Assembly: GCA_030765585.1 (NCBI GenBank)
Contig: JAVCCJ010000070.1
Location: forward strand, 1 to 59,023
Direction: 5' to 3'
Length of the DNA: 59,023 nucleotides
Origin: Candidatus Zapsychrus exili
GTDB lineage: Bacteria > Omnitrophota > Gorgyraeia > Zapsychrales > Zapsychraceae
The position numbers were made by a program, and so were the translations under genes. Positions 58,001 to 59,023 of this stretch are shown here, piece by piece (the stretch's first letter is position 1; the number at the start of each line of letters is the position of its first letter). Under the pieces are notes generated by a model, which was given only the letters and a program-made list of their open reading frames with translations, searched no databases and was not told the origin of the DNA.

Positions 58001-58333
58001 ATTCATTAAATAACAAATGGAATTATCTAAATATTTACTATGTCTATCTACAGATTTATTAACATTCTTTATGTTTTCAGATGAATTATCAATTAAAACT
58101 GCAAGTATCTCAGGAGATTCTGAAAGAAGACGGCTGACTGTTTCAGCTTCATCAAAAGTTTCTTTAAATAATCTTGAAAGAAATGTTACAGAAGACTCTG
58201 CCTCTTCAAAAACTTCTCTTTTAGCATGTTCTCCTAAATACTTAGTTGCAACGCTTCCTAGAAAAATAATTGCCAACAGAACAGTTACAACACATAACCA
58301 CCCGCATTTAAATATACTTTTTTTCATATCCAT
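55049..58333 (-). CDS. Hybrid sensor kinase: Cache, two PAS, HisKA, HATPase, degenerate GGDEF-like, REC
   Basis: FRSYF Cache motif, two PAS/PAC domains, SHELRTPL, NAHKFT, DNG.G, GTGLGL, GLAVYP, C-terminal receiver. Confidence 0.92.
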   Translation of the reverse strand: MDMKKSIFKCGWLCVVTVLLAIIFLGSVATKYLGEHAKREVFEEAESSVTFLSRLFKETFDEAETVSRLLSESPEILAVLIDNSSENIKNVNKSVDRHSKYLDNSICYLMNLDGEVIVSSNRDDKASFLGKNYKFRSYFKESIESGSGNYFALGITSQKRGFYSGTAVKDHQGNTIGVAVIKRNIEEVGENLTKHTKFFFVDKNGIVFIASNPEFLYKSLWKLDKKKQEEIIETKQFGIKPFESIFDDRFKGKYIIKFQGSKFFVSREHIGLKGWSVVLLTGMDRVFIYRLVGIAVTFFLVILILGFSLAFRLKDKSTGLIQEAKDYAELIFKVIPSAIFTVDKDKKVTSWNKKAEEITGYSYEDIIGKNCIIFADHPCGDKCSLFSKEIDKPITGGECRIKTKDGQFRSISKNVDYLKDQEGNIIGGIESFEDVTERKIAEDQMRKLSSAIEQSPSVVAITDLDGNLEYVNPKFTELNGYTLDEVRGQNPRVLKSGEQPTEVYKDMWDKISKGESVTIEFHNKKKNGDLYWEIAALSAIRDVHGDITHYLKVAEDITERKQYEEELQKTKEELENQAWGLQKTNQAIKSLYKDLEAKNSELQKLDQLKSDFVSTVSHELRTPLAISTEGINLILDGIVGDITDKQKDLLKTSKNNLVRLNTIINDLLDISKIESGKITLKRGLVNLKDVLSQLAEAYKKVLDTKKQILNVKFEFDEIIAFVDSDKMIQVITNFLNNAHKFTADEGEIELFVKVEGEEVICGVKDNGVGISEEDMPKLFTKFTQFDRTSGPGIKGTGLGLAICKALIEVHEGRIWAESNVGEGTTFFIALPSYQTSKASFDRYIEEIIYNTRGQNIKTSLAVLQLSTIGGIKSKHGTEKSIDVTNKVLETLSRVVSRPLDKIILYSTETIYIALPETDRRGGVNVLANIKNAFSRESFGLKDKSELEINYGLAVYPDNGNNKDDLIEFAFKEKTRQKRLLVVDDHPQIGRILKPRLKSRNIEMSVAFDGEEALRVIEKDPPDIIVLDIVMPNMNGYEVLGRLKENPSTAFIPVIILTAKNISDVRSEYSKLGDTPVLQKTGGFESLVNLIIEMI

Positions 58334-58444
58334 TTTAGAAACCTAATTATTTTCTATAATATTTAGTCCATATAAAAACAGTTTAACTTACAATATATAT
58401 CTTATTTTATTATACATTTTATTCAATTAATAAATCTATTAATA

Positions 58445-58630
58445 TTAATTAAATAAATATAGATACTCAAAATATCCTTTGAGCTCTAAATTCTCTTTTG
58501 AAATAAAACAAAGTGCTGCGGAGTTGATGCAATAACGAAGGCCTGTCGAATCCTTTAGCCCATCATTAAATACATGACCTAGGTGTGAATCAGCGTTTTT
58601 ACTTCTTACTTCCGTACACTCGGCAAACAA
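58445..58630 (-). pseudogene. msrB: C-terminal remnant of methionine sulfoxide reductase B
   Basis: [16 protein letters not shown]...[12 protein letters not shown]; in-frame TAA at 58640-58642 just upstream; N-terminal half absent. Confidence 0.8.
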
Positions 58631-58674
58631 AATGAAAAATTATACCAAGTGTAATCTTCTCCATAGAAATGCCT

Positions 58675-58917
58675 TTACTTTAAATTGATTATATTTCTTT
58701 TTTCTTCTGAAGTTAATCTCTTTATTTCAGCTTCTCTTTTAAGCGTGGATGGTCTGTCAGGATGTTCTTCTTTATAGAGAAGCTCTTTAAAACCAAAAGC
58801 GCGAGTAAACTTAGCTCCAACACTATTTTTATGCTCGAGCATTCTTCTTTCTATATCTTTAGTAATGCCAGTGTAGGGCGTATTTTTTTCTGTTTCTATT
58901 ATATATACGTACCACAT
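58675..58917 (-). CDS. GIY-YIG nuclease (UPF0213/YazA-like)
   Basis: WYVYII...YTGIT.D.ERR..EH...GAKFTR...KREAEIK. Confidence 0.88.
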   Translation of the reverse strand: MWYVYIIETEKNTPYTGITKDIERRMLEHKNSVGAKFTRAFGFKELLYKEEHPDRPSTLKREAEIKRLTSEEKRNIINLK

Positions 58918-59008
58918 CTGCGTATTATAACAAAGAAATAGGGACAGTTGTTAATGCTCACTAATTCGGTAACTCTTTTGGTATAATAATACAGCTAAAG
59001 GAGATCTA

Positions 59009-59023
59009 ATGGTTTACAATCAA
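59009..59023 (+). CDS. Start of a gene running off the right edge (MVYNQ...)
   Basis: AAGGAG RBS, with TG-G-TATAAT extended -10 at 58979-58987. Confidence 0.4.

Noticed and set aside
757-58346. Numerous 60-146 aa ORFs antisense or out of frame within long genes
   Set aside because: Fully nested in well-supported CDSs, with composition typical of antisense frames.

Overview
AT-rich bacterial chromosome segment, mostly minus-strand operons. The gene mix (MerR-secretin pairs, stand-alone receivers, rubrerythrin/SOR/Hcp) suggests an anaerobic diderm such as Omnitrophota; this is inference only. From left to right it holds: the probable edge of an integrative element beside tRNA-His; a tRNA-Pro/Arg/His cluster interleaved with budA and an AsmA-like gene; a frameshifted AsmA-like gene; a merR-secretin-murI-queDCEF-rph-rdgB run; a PIN-PhoH gene; a long O2/NO defence operon (hcp to Rrf2); a CsoR-controlled copper/heavy-metal cluster (TolC, CusB, CusA, three YHS proteins, a cupredoxin fusion, an RnfD-like protein, a permease); frdX, yjbQ and htpX; and a T2SS/type IV pilus hybrid locus with four single-domain response regulators and a hybrid kinase. 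Intergenic DNA carries several palindromic repeat families. The most striking observation is a 296-bp element (54284-54579) that encodes only a GIY-YIG nuclease. It has perfect 15-bp terminal inverted repeats and a TT/TTA target duplication, and sits in codon 3 of a response-regulator gene in a way that leaves both genes translatable. A separate family of covarying two-hairpin elements is also anchored at TAA, usually a stop codon.
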